Below are positions 1-9,129 of a stretch of DNA of 64,000 nucleotides, one piece after another; position 1 is the first letter of the stretch, and the number at the start of each line of letters is the position of its first letter. Origin of the DNA: Anaerolineae bacterium (GTDB lineage: Bacteria > Chloroflexota > Anaerolineae > UBA1429); NCBI GenBank assembly GCA_050949345.1, contig JBMNFN010000001.1, positions 620,786-684,785 on the forward strand, in the 5' to 3' direction. A model generated the notes under the pieces. The model ran no database searches and was not told the origin of the DNA. It saw only the letters and a list, made by a program, of their open reading frames with translations. A program made the translations under genes and the position numbers.

Positions 1-662
1 CCCCGGAATATGCCATCGTGGTAGTGAACAGCGGGGTACGGCACCGTAACACCAGCCCGTTGTTCAACACCCGGGTGGCAGAGGTCCGCAGCGCCGTGGC
101 GCTGGTGCAGCAACGCTTCCCGCAGGTGCGCTCGCTGCGTGACCTGGAGGGTATCCCCTGGGAGAGTTATGTAGATCTGCTCCCGGAAGAGCAGAGCCCC
201 GACGATCTGGCGCAGCGCGGGATCTCATTGGCGACGTTGATGAACGGGGGTATCATGCCAGACAGCGTGAACCTGCAGGTACGTGCCCGCTGCCGGCACG
301 TTACCGGCGAGAACGCCCGCGTGCTGGCCGCCGTGGAGGCTCTGGCGCAAGGCGACGTGGAGCGCCTGGCAAAGCTGATGCGAGAGGCCCACGCCAGCGC
401 TCGCGACAACTTTGACATCAGCACGCCCGAGTTGGAGAGTCTGGTGAGGTTGGCGGAGGAGATCCCCGGCGTCAAGGGGGCGCGGCTGACAGGGGCCGGC
501 TGGGGCGGGTGTATTGTGGCCCTGGTACCCGTCACCTCTGTGGAAACCTTTGTCAGCAGGGTGCCGCAGGGCTACCAACGAGCCACCGGCCTGCGTGCCG
601 AGGCATTCGTGTGCAGCGCGGGACATGGCGCTTCCCGTGTAACTGAATACACCAGGAGTTGA
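1..662 (+). CDS. GHMP kinase, galactokinase-like, C-terminal part; 5' end lies outside the window
   Basis: ORF 18..662 is open to base 1. It has the GHMP C-terminal domain with a GAGWGGC motif preceded by PELESLV..GVKGARLTGAGWGGCIVAL, as in galactokinase motif III. Confidence 0.6.
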   Translation, partial: PEYAIVVVNSGVRHRNTSPLFNTRVAEVRSAVALVQQRFPQVRSLRDLEGIPWESYVDLLPEEQSPDDLAQRGISLATLMNGGIMPDSVNLQVRARCRHVTGENARVLAAVEALAQGDVERLAKLMREAHASARDNFDISTPELESLVRLAEEIPGVKGARLTGAGWGGCIVALVPVTSVETFVSRVPQGYQRATGLRAEAFVCSAGHGASRVTEYTRS

Positions 663-669
663 TGTCACC

Positions 670-1149
670 ATGAACGATCTGGAGCGCATCGTGGCTGACG
701 CCAGCCGCATCTTTGACCTGAAGCATCACTGTTCCGAAGCCATCGTCATGGCGGTGGGGGGCTTTTATCTGGATCCGTATCCGGATTTGCTGACACGGGT
801 GGCCTGTCCCTTTGGGGGCGGCGTCGGTGGATGCCGAGACGAGCTGTGCGGCCTGGTGAGCGGTGCCACCATCGTGCTGGGCGCGCTGTGGGGCCGCACC
901 AGCTATGCCGAAGACGACAAATGGTTGTACGAGGTGGTCTGTGCCTGTCGCAATCGGTTCATCGAGACCAACGGAACCTCTTTGTGCCGCCCGTTGAGAG
1001 ACCACTATGCGGTGGACGGCGGCCGCTGCGGGCCACTGGTTGAGCAGGCCACACGGGACCTGGTGCTGTTGATCGAACAGACAGCGCAGGCAAACCCTGC
1101 TGCAGCCGCCCGCCTGGCGCGCAGAGCCACAATCCAAGATGAGATGTAG
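670..1149 (+). CDS. C_GCAxxG_C_C family putative redox-active protein
   Basis: CSEAIVMAV .. CPFGGGVGG .. CGLVSGA cysteine pattern typical of the C_GCAxxG_C_C family; 159 aa. Confidence 0.55.
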   Translation: MNDLERIVADASRIFDLKHHCSEAIVMAVGGFYLDPYPDLLTRVACPFGGGVGGCRDELCGLVSGATIVLGALWGRTSYAEDDKWLYEVVCACRNRFIETNGTSLCRPLRDHYAVDGGRCGPLVEQATRDLVLLIEQTAQANPAAAARLARRATIQDEM

Positions 1150-1162
1150 AAAGGACGAGCTC

Positions 1163-2236
1163 ATGAACAACCGAGTACTGCGCCTGTTGGAACAACTGGA
1201 AAAGCGCGGACTAAAGGGCATGCTGGTATCTTCGCCGGAGAACCGCCGCTACCTGAGCGGCTTTGCCGGTTCGGCCGGCGTCTTGATCATCGCCCCTGGC
1301 GTGACCAAAATCGCGACAGACTTTCGCTATTATGAGCAGGTGGCAGAGCAGGCGCCCGAGTTTGAGCTGGTAAAGGTAGTCGCCAGCACGCCGGATGTCC
1401 TGGCGCAAGAGCTCAAGCGCCTTGGGTTGACGGAAGTCGCCTTTGAAAGCGACAACCTCACCGTGACGACCTACAACCAATGGGCCGCCGCCATGCAGGG
1501 GGTCAACCTGGTGCCTACCTCGGGCATCATCGAGCAGCTGCGCGCCGTCAAAGAGCCGGTCGAGCTGGAGGCCATTCAGCGGGCTGTGGACATTGCCGAT
1601 GGCGCCATGACCGAGATGATGGAGACCATTCAGGTGGGCATGACCGAGCGCGAGGTCGCCTGGGCGCTGCAGGTACACATGCGCAACCACGGCGCCGAAG
1701 GGGTGGGTTTCTCCACCATCGTGGCCGCCGGGCCCCGTTCCGCCATGTCGCACGCAGTGCCCACGGATCGCCCCATCGGGGCTGGTGAGCCCATGGTCAT
1801 CGACATGGGTGCTCGCGTGGATGGCTACCTCTCGGACATCACGCGCTCCTTTTGTGTGGGCTATGCCACCGACGAGTACCTCAAGGTGTGGGACGTGGTG
1901 CTCCAGGCGCAGTTAGCGGCCGAGCGAGGCATCAGGGCAGGCATGACCGGCATCGAGGCGGACGCCCTGGCCCGCTCACTGATCTATGGTGCCGGGTATG
2001 AAGGACACTTTGGTCACGGCCTGGGCCACGCGGTGGGCCTGGAGATCCACGAAAATCCCCGGGCGAGCTTTACCGCCACGGAAAGGCTGCTAGAGGGTAT
2101 GGTGTTGACGGTGGAACCGGGCATCTACCTCCCCGGCTGGGGCGGTATCCGCACTGAGGACATGATCGTCGTGGGCGCCACCGAGAGCCGCGTGCTGACG
2201 CGAACGCCCAAGCTGCCTGTGGTCGGCAAGCACTAG
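1163..2236 (+). CDS. pepP: Xaa-Pro aminopeptidase / M24 family metallopeptidase
   Basis: Creatinase-like N-terminal domain followed by an M24 metal-binding core (DMGARVDGYLSDITR, HGLGHAVGLEIHE, EPGIY). An AAGGA Shine-Dalgarno lies 7 nt before ATG 1163. Confidence 0.8.
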   Translation: MNNRVLRLLEQLEKRGLKGMLVSSPENRRYLSGFAGSAGVLIIAPGVTKIATDFRYYEQVAEQAPEFELVKVVASTPDVLAQELKRLGLTEVAFESDNLTVTTYNQWAAAMQGVNLVPTSGIIEQLRAVKEPVELEAIQRAVDIADGAMTEMMETIQVGMTEREVAWALQVHMRNHGAEGVGFSTIVAAGPRSAMSHAVPTDRPIGAGEPMVIDMGARVDGYLSDITRSFCVGYATDEYLKVWDVVLQAQLAAERGIRAGMTGIEADALARSLIYGAGYEGHFGHGLGHAVGLEIHENPRASFTATERLLEGMVLTVEPGIYLPGWGGIRTEDMIVVGATESRVLTRTPKLPVVGKH

Positions 2237-2261
2237 CGGCACCCAGATCGCGTTCTATTGG

Positions 2262-2290
2262 TTGCGAGGGCGGCAGCTCCGTGCTAAGAT
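2262..2290 (+). promoter_or_regulatory. Candidate sigma70-type promoter (TTGCGA-17-TAAGAT) for the 2345 gene
   Basis: -35 TTGCGA at 2262-2267, 17-nt spacer, -10 TAAGAT at 2285-2290, about 55 nt upstream of the ATG; found by hexamer inspection only. Confidence 0.25.
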
Positions 2291-2344
2291 GCCCTCGATA
2301 GAGTGTCCAACCGGATACGTCCAGGTAGATAAAGAGGTGGTCAA

Positions 2345-3796
2345 ATGCAGATTCGGAAAGCGAGCCTGGAGTGCCTGCGAGCCAACCCCTGGCTGCCGCT
2401 CGCACTGGTCGCCGCCCTGCTGATCGGCATGCTCTTGGCATGGCAGGTATTGCCAGTAAAGGTGGTGGACACGGATCCATCCGATCTGCGTGCCGAGCAC
2501 CAGGCGGATTATGTAACGCTGGTGGCGGACTCGTGGACCGTCAATGGAAACTCGGATCTGGCCCGGGAGCGCTTGTACGAGCTGGTGGACGATGACACCA
2601 CCTGGGCAGATGTGGATCAGATGCTGGTGGACGCAATCGCCCGGTTGGAAGCAGAGGGCAACCCCCCTGCCGCCCTGAGGATCACCCGCATGCGGGACGC
2701 AGTACCCCTGCCGCTGGATGATGCAGAGCAGGCCGAGGGCCAGCGTCCTACCCGGCGTACCTCAGCGACACGCACGGCTGTGGCAAATGAAAAGCCATCC
2801 GGCGCCGGCTCCAGCTCGCCTACCGCCTTCCCGACGCTCTCGGCTGCGGGCCGCCAGCCCGCCGAGGATGAGGAGCGCTTGGGCGGGTTCAGCTTGGGCT
2901 GGCTCCCCATCGCCGGTTTAGTACTGGTGCTGGCCGCGGTAGCAGCCATCGGCGCGGTGGTTTGGCGGGAAAAGCGCGCCAGCCGGACCCCTCTGCCAGG
3001 CGACGAGCCGACTGATTCTGATCAGCCTTCGCTGGCCAAACGCCGTCAGGGTTCTGCCATGTCGCTCAATCCCATCCCTGCCCCCGGCGGATATGACGAG
3101 CCCAGTGACTATGGTGCCAACCTCGACCTGCAGGGTGACGAATACGGCGACGAGATGGACGAGTTGGACGAGGGCCTGTACGACGAGGCCCCTCTCCGCC
3201 AGCAGCCATCGTTGGCGCCAGAAGAGGGTTGGCACGTCGAAGAGCCGGCGCTTCCTGAATCCATCGCGCGCGAATGGGCAGAAGACTCCCCTGCCTCCTA
3301 CGTAGAGGATTCCAGTTCGCCGAACTGGCGCCGCCGTGGGCCCGCGCTGCAGTCCTCACTGGCTGCGGGTGAGCTGGGTGTGTTCGAGACGAGCTATGCC
3401 TTTGGCGATGACGACTTTTATCACGCCTTTACCATCGAATCGCCTACTCACGAGTTCCTCGGCCAGTGTGGCATCGTGATCAGCGACACCGCTGGGACCC
3501 AGGGAGCGCAGCTGGTAAATGCCTTTGACATCTGGCTGTTTGAGACGCAGGGCACGCGTACCCTCTCCAAGGTGCTGGTCAGCGACCACACCTATCACGA
3601 CGAGGCCGTCAGCGCGCGCCTCGCACGCAAGGGCGAGTTGGTAGTGGCCCAGCCCGGGATGGTGATCGAGTTGGAGACCGAATCGATTCGACTCACCGCC
3701 ACCATCGAGGACCTTGCCTATAGAACCAACGTCCAGGTGACGCAGAACGTGTTCGATAGACTCAAGGTTCGCATGGTCGTGGAACAGTTGTCGTAG
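2345..3796 (+). CDS. Hypothetical two-pass membrane protein with an acidic cytoplasmic tract and an unassigned C-terminal domain
   Basis: Two predicted TM helices (PWLPLALVAALLIGMLLAWQVL and WLPIAGLVLVLAAVAAIGAVVW), an Ala/Pro/Ser-rich linker, and a D/E-rich tract (GDEYGDEMDELDEGLYDEA). The roughly 150 aa C-terminal domain has no motif I recognise. GAGGTGG Shine-Dalgarno before ATG 2345. Confidence 0.5.
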   Translation: MQIRKASLECLRANPWLPLALVAALLIGMLLAWQVLPVKVVDTDPSDLRAEHQADYVTLVADSWTVNGNSDLARERLYELVDDDTTWADVDQMLVDAIARLEAEGNPPAALRITRMRDAVPLPLDDAEQAEGQRPTRRTSATRTAVANEKPSGAGSSSPTAFPTLSAAGRQPAEDEERLGGFSLGWLPIAGLVLVLAAVAAIGAVVWREKRASRTPLPGDEPTDSDQPSLAKRRQGSAMSLNPIPAPGGYDEPSDYGANLDLQGDEYGDEMDELDEGLYDEAPLRQQPSLAPEEGWHVEEPALPESIAREWAEDSPASYVEDSSSPNWRRRGPALQSSLAAGELGVFETSYAFGDDDFYHAFTIESPTHEFLGQCGIVISDTAGTQGAQLVNAFDIWLFETQGTRTLSKVLVSDHTYHDEAVSARLARKGELVVAQPGMVIELETESIRLTATIEDLAYRTNVQVTQNVFDRLKVRMVVEQLS

Positions 3797-3872
3797 CATC
3801 CGGCATGCAGCCCGGGGCCCTCGCGGAGCGGAATGCTGGCGGGGGCCCTGTTTGTTTGACAAGTGCGAGGGG

Positions 3873-5069
3873 ATGGTGGAGCGGCAGATCGCCCATATGG
3901 ACCTGGATGCCTTTTTCGTCGCGGTGGAAAGGCTGTTGGACCCGGCACTGGTTGGCAAAGCCGTGCTGGTAGGCGGCAGCCCCGAGCACCGCGGGGTGGT
4001 GGCCTCTGCCTCCTACGAGGCCCGTGCCAGGGGCGTGCGGAGCGCCATGCCCATGGCCCAGGCGCTGCGGCTGTGCCCGGAAGCGATCCGCGTGCCGCCC
4101 CGCCACGGGGTCTATGGCCAGCACTCAAGGCGGGTGATGGCGCTGCTGGGAGACTATACGCCCATCGTGGAACAGGTCTCGGTGGATGAGGCCTTTCTGG
4201 ACCTCACCGGCACCGAAGGGCTGCATGGGCCCGCCCCCGAGGTGGCGGCACGCATCCAGCAACGGGTGCAGGATGAGCTGGGCCTCAGTTGCTCGCTGGG
4301 TGTGGCCAGCTGCAAGCTCGTTGCCAAGATCGCCTGCTCCACCGGCAAACCCCACGGGCTGGTAGTGGTGCCCAACGGCCAGGAGGCGGCCTTTCTCGCG
4401 CCCATGCCTGTCGAAGCGCTGTGGGGCGTGGGCGAGGCAACCAGCCGGCGCATCCGTGCGCTGGGCATCCACACCATTGGGCAGCTGGCCGCCTGGCCCG
4501 GGCATGGCCTGCGCCACGCTCTCGGAGATTCGGGAAGCGCACTGCAGCGGGCTGCCAAGGGGATCGACGAGCGTCCCGTTACTCCGGAACGGGAGCGCAA
4601 ATCGTACAGCCACGAGCGGACCTTTGCCGTGGACGAGCGGGACGCGGTGCGCCTGCGCCGGACGCTGCTGGGCATGGCGGATGGGTTGACCTCGCAACTG
4701 CGGCAGGATCACGTTCTGGCGCGGACAGTACGCATCAAGCTGCGATCATCGTCGTACGAGACCCAGACGCGACAGGTGCGGCTGGAGCAGCCCACCGACC
4801 ACGCCGATGAGGTGTTCAAGGCGGCATTGGAACTCTTTGATGCCAGCTGGGACCGGCGCCCCGTGAGGCTGATCGGCGTGGCCGTCACCGACCTGCTCAC
4901 CGTGGGCGGCACACAGCTGGACTTGTTTGCCCACGACGATCAGCGACGAACCCGCCTCAGCCGCGCCGTGGATGACATTCGGGACCGCTTTGGCACTGAG
5001 GCCATCACCCGCGCCTCACTGGCCAGAGGCGCTCGGCACACCCGCACCGTCTCGAAGGACCGGGCATAA
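3873..5069 (+). CDS. dinB: DNA polymerase IV (Y-family translesion polymerase)
   Basis: N-terminus RQIAHMDLDAFFVAVE, with SYEARARGVRSAMP and VSVDEAFLDLTG motifs characteristic of DinB/UmuC. Start chosen at MVERQ by analogy with the usual DinB N-terminus. Confidence 0.85.
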   Translation: MVERQIAHMDLDAFFVAVERLLDPALVGKAVLVGGSPEHRGVVASASYEARARGVRSAMPMAQALRLCPEAIRVPPRHGVYGQHSRRVMALLGDYTPIVEQVSVDEAFLDLTGTEGLHGPAPEVAARIQQRVQDELGLSCSLGVASCKLVAKIACSTGKPHGLVVVPNGQEAAFLAPMPVEALWGVGEATSRRIRALGIHTIGQLAAWPGHGLRHALGDSGSALQRAAKGIDERPVTPERERKSYSHERTFAVDERDAVRLRRTLLGMADGLTSQLRQDHVLARTVRIKLRSSSYETQTRQVRLEQPTDHADEVFKAALELFDASWDRRPVRLIGVAVTDLLTVGGTQLDLFAHDDQRRTRLSRAVDDIRDRFGTEAITRASLARGARHTRTVSKDRA

Positions 5070-5140
5070 GGCCCGCGCGATTGGCGACAGGTGGAGGCTG
5101 TTCTATAATCGCGCCAGTACAGCACCTTCACGGGAGTGCC

Positions 5141-7219
5141 ATGAAAGCCATCACTGTCCATTTGCAGCGCTTTGCACCCCTGTATGGCTGGGTAAACCGC
5201 CTGTTGCGGGTGGATCTCTCGAACGGAACGATATCGGCCACGCCGCTGGACGGCTATGTGCCGGATTACATCGGCGGGCGTGGCGTGGCGGCGCGGCTCG
5301 CCTGGGACGAATACCCCGAGCCGGTGGATCCCTTTGCGCCCGAGAGCCCGCTCATCATTATGACCGGCGCCCTCACGGGGACGCGCTCCCCCTACTCTGG
5401 ACGGACTTCCATCTCGGGGTTCAGTCCACAGGCTTATCCTTACAACTGGTACACTCGGGCAAACATCGGACACCACTGGGGCGCAGAGCTCAAGCGCGCC
5501 GGGTACGACGGTATTCTGGTCACGGGCGCATCCGACACGCCCGTCCAATTGGTGATCAGGGACGACGAGGTGACTCTGGCGCCCGCCGATGACCTGTGGG
5601 GGCTGGACACCTATGACACTCAGGAAGCCCTGCGAGCGCAGGTCTCCAAAGAGGTACGGGCCCTGGTGATCGGGCCGGCGGGCGAGCGTCTGTCGCGCAT
5701 CGCCACCATCCACACCGGCACCTCTTCTACCGCCGGCCAGGGGGGCTTTGGGGCGGTGATGGGTGCCAAAAAGCTCAAGGCAATCGCCGTGGTGGGCAGC
5801 GGCACGGTGCCGGTCCACAACCCCGAGTTGATGGACGGCCTGCTCAAGGTGGTGGCGGAGAATATCCGTGCCTACCGGTCGGTGCCCAACCTGTCGGAGC
5901 AGAACCGCGCCATGGCCTGCGACCGGGGAGGCCGTGTGCGCCCCTTTGCCTGCACGGCTTCCTGTCCCACCCCCTGCAACCGCTACTATTCCGACATGCC
6001 TGGGGTGGCCTATCCCGAGCGCCAGTGGGAGGGACACTGGACCTGCGTGGGTTCGATTTTTCGCGGGATACCGGCGGGCGGCAAGGTCTCTACCGAAGGC
6101 CTGTTCGACTGGCAGCTGGGTACCTATGCCGGTTTGGAGATGAACGTCCTGAGCAACCGCTACGGCCTCAACCAGTGGGACATTATCATGAGCATGGTCC
6201 CCTGGCTGGTGCGTTGTCAGCGAGCGGGTTTGATCTCGGAGATGAACGGCATGGCCATGGACTGGCAGAACCCGCACTTTTGGGCCATGTTCCTGCACGC
6301 TGTGGGCCATCGCAAAGGCATGGGTGACGCATTGGCGGAGGGTGGCCTTCGGGCCTCGTTGTTACTCAATCTGGGCACTGACCTGGCGCGGCGCTACTAT
6401 AACTCCTGGGGGTATGGCGGGCACTGGGATGGCCACGCCTGCTACTCGAACTATTTGGTGTTCCCCTACTGGATCGTATCGGCGTTGCAGTGGAGCACCG
6501 ACACCCGTGACCCCTACAGCAGCAGCCACGGCTATGTCCAGAACGTGATGCGTTGGGGCCCGCTGGGCGATCATGCCGGCGAACCGCCCATCAGCTGGGA
6601 CCAGATGCGCGGCATCAGCGAGCGGGTATACGGAACGCCCGATGCCCTGGATCCCTATTCCGGCTACAAGGCCAAGGCCTACCCCGCCTGGTATCACGAC
6701 TTGCGCTCGGTGATGAAGGACAGCCTGCCCACCGATGACCAGACGTTTCCGCTGATCTACAGCGTCACCAGTGAGGATCGCTTCTTCCGCGTCCAAGCCC
6801 CCGAGCCACTGGGCGAGGTGGAGGGTCCAGCCATCGACAGTCAGCTCTTTAAAGTGGGGACCGGCATCCAGTGGTCCGAGGCCGAGTTCCAACGAGCGGC
6901 GGAGCGGATCTATACCGTCGAGCGCGCCATCACGGTGCGGCACTTTGGGCGCACCCGCGCCATGGACGAGACCACCTATGACAGCTATACCTACCAGGAG
7001 AACTGGGCCAACCCGCTGCTGGAGGAACGGTATGGGCTGGATCGAGAGCAGTTCGCACCGGTGACCGACGAGTACTATGACTTGCTGGGTTGGGATCAAC
7101 GGACCGGATGGCCGCTGCCGGAGCGGCTGCAGGCCCTGGGAATCGGCGAATTGCACGCTCCCATGACGGAGGGCGCCCTGAAAGCCTCCGCAAGAGTTCA
7201 GCTGGAGGCTCAATCGTAA
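5141..7219 (+). CDS. Aldehyde:ferredoxin oxidoreductase (AOR) family, tungsten/molybdopterin enzyme
   Basis: The N-terminal AOR_N region aligns by eye with P. furiosus AOR: YGWVNRLLRVDLSNG, IGGRGVAARL, AGYDGILVTGAS, GPAGERLSRIATI, GQGGFGAVMGAKKLKAIAV. It is followed by a long AOR C-terminal domain. GGGAG Shine-Dalgarno before ATG 5141; the stop overlaps the next start (TAATG). Confidence 0.7.
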   Translation: MKAITVHLQRFAPLYGWVNRLLRVDLSNGTISATPLDGYVPDYIGGRGVAARLAWDEYPEPVDPFAPESPLIIMTGALTGTRSPYSGRTSISGFSPQAYPYNWYTRANIGHHWGAELKRAGYDGILVTGASDTPVQLVIRDDEVTLAPADDLWGLDTYDTQEALRAQVSKEVRALVIGPAGERLSRIATIHTGTSSTAGQGGFGAVMGAKKLKAIAVVGSGTVPVHNPELMDGLLKVVAENIRAYRSVPNLSEQNRAMACDRGGRVRPFACTASCPTPCNRYYSDMPGVAYPERQWEGHWTCVGSIFRGIPAGGKVSTEGLFDWQLGTYAGLEMNVLSNRYGLNQWDIIMSMVPWLVRCQRAGLISEMNGMAMDWQNPHFWAMFLHAVGHRKGMGDALAEGGLRASLLLNLGTDLARRYYNSWGYGGHWDGHACYSNYLVFPYWIVSALQWSTDTRDPYSSSHGYVQNVMRWGPLGDHAGEPPISWDQMRGISERVYGTPDALDPYSGYKAKAYPAWYHDLRSVMKDSLPTDDQTFPLIYSVTSEDRFFRVQAPEPLGEVEGPAIDSQLFKVGTGIQWSEAEFQRAAERIYTVERAITVRHFGRTRAMDETTYDSYTYQENWANPLLEERYGLDREQFAPVTDEYYDLLGWDQRTGWPLPERLQALGIGELHAPMTEGALKASARVQLEAQS

Positions 7220-8286
7220 TGCATCCTGGTATCCGACACGACGCGGCGCTGCCGCGACGCCTTGCCATGCTGTGCGTCCTGCTGGCGCTGCTGTGTGCGG
7301 CGACAGGCTGCTCTGGTGAAGGGGGACGTCCCCTCTCTCGGTTGTGGCAGACGGCGACACCCGTCCCATCACCCACCGCCACTGCGGCGCCGCCCACGGC
7401 CACTCCTACCGCAACGCCCACGGCCACGCCTACACCGACCCCTACGCCGCTGCCCTTGGAAGTGTCTCTGCAGCTGGATCCGGCGGTTGTGACGGAAGGC
7501 CAAACCACGGCCCTGGTGGTGCGCACGAACCAGCAGGCAACCGTGAGCGCCGCCGTAGGGGAGCAAGAGCTCGCACTGGAAGACATGGGCGAGGGCCTGT
7601 ACGCCGGCTTGCTGGGCATCAGCGCGGTGGCGGGGGCCAGCTCGCTGCCGGTGCACGTCAGCGTGACTACCGCCGATGGTCGCAGCAGCACCATCGAGAC
7701 AACCCTGGCCACCACAGTGGGCGAGTTTGACACCGAAAACCTCGAGTTTGAGCCCGAGACGCAGGCGTTGCTGGCCCCAGCGGTGGCGCAGCCGGAAAAT
7801 GAACGCATCAAGGCCGTATTTGCCAGCAGCGGGCCCGACATGCTGTGGACCAGTCCCTTTACCTGGCCACGGGAGGACCGCACCACTTCACGCTTTGGCA
7901 CGCGGCGCAGCTATGGGGACGTTCTGGCATCGTACCACTCGGGGCTCGACATTGCGGGCCTGGAGGGCGAGCCGGTGCTGGTGGCAGCGGCGGGCACGGT
8001 TGTGCTGGCCGAGCCCCTGCAGGTGCGCGGTAACGCCGTCATCGTCGATCATGGCGCGGGCGTGATGACAGGCTATTTCCATTTGACGGATATCGCCGTC
8101 CAGGTTGGAGATACCCTCTCGCCAGGGCAACTGGTGGGCTCGGTCGGCGCCACGGGCCTGGTCACCGGCTCGCATCTTCACTGGGAGATGCGGGTGCACG
8201 GAGTACCGGTGGATCCACAGGCGTGGGTCGGCCGCCGCTTTCCCTGGCAGGAGCCCGCCCCTCCCTCGGCGACGCCCACCCCGTGA
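7219..8286 (+). CDS. M23 (LytM-type) metallopeptidase lipoprotein with a Pro/Thr linker
   Basis: Signal peptide plus lipobox LLCAATGCSG, a (TATP)n/(TP)n linker, and the M23 motifs HSGLDIAG (HxxxD) and GSHLHWE (HxH). Confidence 0.8.
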   Translation: MHPGIRHDAALPRRLAMLCVLLALLCAATGCSGEGGRPLSRLWQTATPVPSPTATAAPPTATPTATPTATPTPTPTPLPLEVSLQLDPAVVTEGQTTALVVRTNQQATVSAAVGEQELALEDMGEGLYAGLLGISAVAGASSLPVHVSVTTADGRSSTIETTLATTVGEFDTENLEFEPETQALLAPAVAQPENERIKAVFASSGPDMLWTSPFTWPREDRTTSRFGTRRSYGDVLASYHSGLDIAGLEGEPVLVAAAGTVVLAEPLQVRGNAVIVDHGAGVMTGYFHLTDIAVQVGDTLSPGQLVGSVGATGLVTGSHLHWEMRVHGVPVDPQAWVGRRFPWQEPAPPSATPTP

Positions 8287-8305
8287 GAAAGACAGGAGGT
8301 GCTTG

Positions 8306-9064
8306 ATGTCCAGCTACTACCTGGATCGACCTCTGGTGATGGCCCATCGCGGCGCCAAGGATACGGCGCCTGAAAACACTATCGCGGCTTTTGAGCGCGC
8401 CATTTCCCTGGGCGCCGACGCGGTGGAGATGGATATCGTCCGGTGCGCCAGCGGCGAGATCGTTGTGCTGCACGACGACACGGTGGACCGCACCAGCAAC
8501 GGCAGCGGGCACATTTCCAGCCTGAGGCTGGAGCAGCTGCGCAGGCTGGACGCCGGCAGCTGGTTCGATCCAGCTTTTGCCGGTGAGCGGATCCCCACAC
8601 TGCAGGAGGTGTTGGACGCCATCGGCGGGCGGATCCGCCTGAACATCGAGATCAAACGCCAGGTGGTCGGCGCCCAGCCCATGGAGGCCGAGCTGGCCGC
8701 CCTGCTGCGCGAGCGCAAGCTGGTTTCCGATACCATCGTGTCGTCCTTTGTGCCGGGGGCACTGGGACGGCTGCGCCGGGTTGCTCCCGAAATCCCTCGG
8801 GCTCTGTTGTACGCACCACAAATGCCCCTGCCCCTGCGGCACGCCTGGCCGCGATTCTGGCTGGCACCGCAGGCGCTGCATCCCTACTATGGCCTGTTGG
8901 ATGCGACCTATGTCTCCAGAGCGCACAAGGCGGGCTATCGCGTCAACGTGTGGACCGTGAACGAGGCGCAGGACATGGCTCAGCTGGCCCGTGTGGGTGT
9001 GGATGCCCTGATCACCGACCATGTCAAGCTGGCCCGGGTAGTACTGGGTTTGGAACCAGCCTGA
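8306..9064 (+). CDS. ugpQ: Glycerophosphodiester phosphodiesterase
   Basis: GDPD signature MAHRGAKDTAPENTIAAFERAISLGADAVEMDIV .. EIVVLHDDTVDRTSNG .. WTVNE. Confidence 0.8.
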   Translation: MSSYYLDRPLVMAHRGAKDTAPENTIAAFERAISLGADAVEMDIVRCASGEIVVLHDDTVDRTSNGSGHISSLRLEQLRRLDAGSWFDPAFAGERIPTLQEVLDAIGGRIRLNIEIKRQVVGAQPMEAELAALLRERKLVSDTIVSSFVPGALGRLRRVAPEIPRALLYAPQMPLPLRHAWPRFWLAPQALHPYYGLLDATYVSRAHKAGYRVNVWTVNEAQDMAQLARVGVDALITDHVKLARVVLGLEPA

Positions 9065-9070
9065 AAGCCA

Positions 9071-9105
9071 AACCTGCGACCCGTATGGGTCGCAGGTTGT
9101 TTATT
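9071..9105 (+). terminator. Rho-independent terminator after ugpQ; the hairpin also faces the 3' end of glyA
   Basis: Perfect 12-bp stem AACCTGCGACCC / GGGTCGCAGGTT with a GTAT loop, followed by GTTTATT. It sits between convergent ugpQ (stop 9064) and glyA (stop 9130). Confidence 0.65.
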
Positions 9106-9129
9106 GGTCCCTGTGAACGTCAATTGCCC

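Noticed and set aside
7380-7445. Short tandem nucleotide repeats encoding (TATP)n/(TP)n in the M23 peptidase, and the His/Pro repeat at 27150..27240
   Set aside because: They are in-frame low-complexity linker or metal-binding tail coding sequence, not CRISPR arrays or intergenic repeat elements; there are no spacer-repeat periodicity or flanking cas genes.
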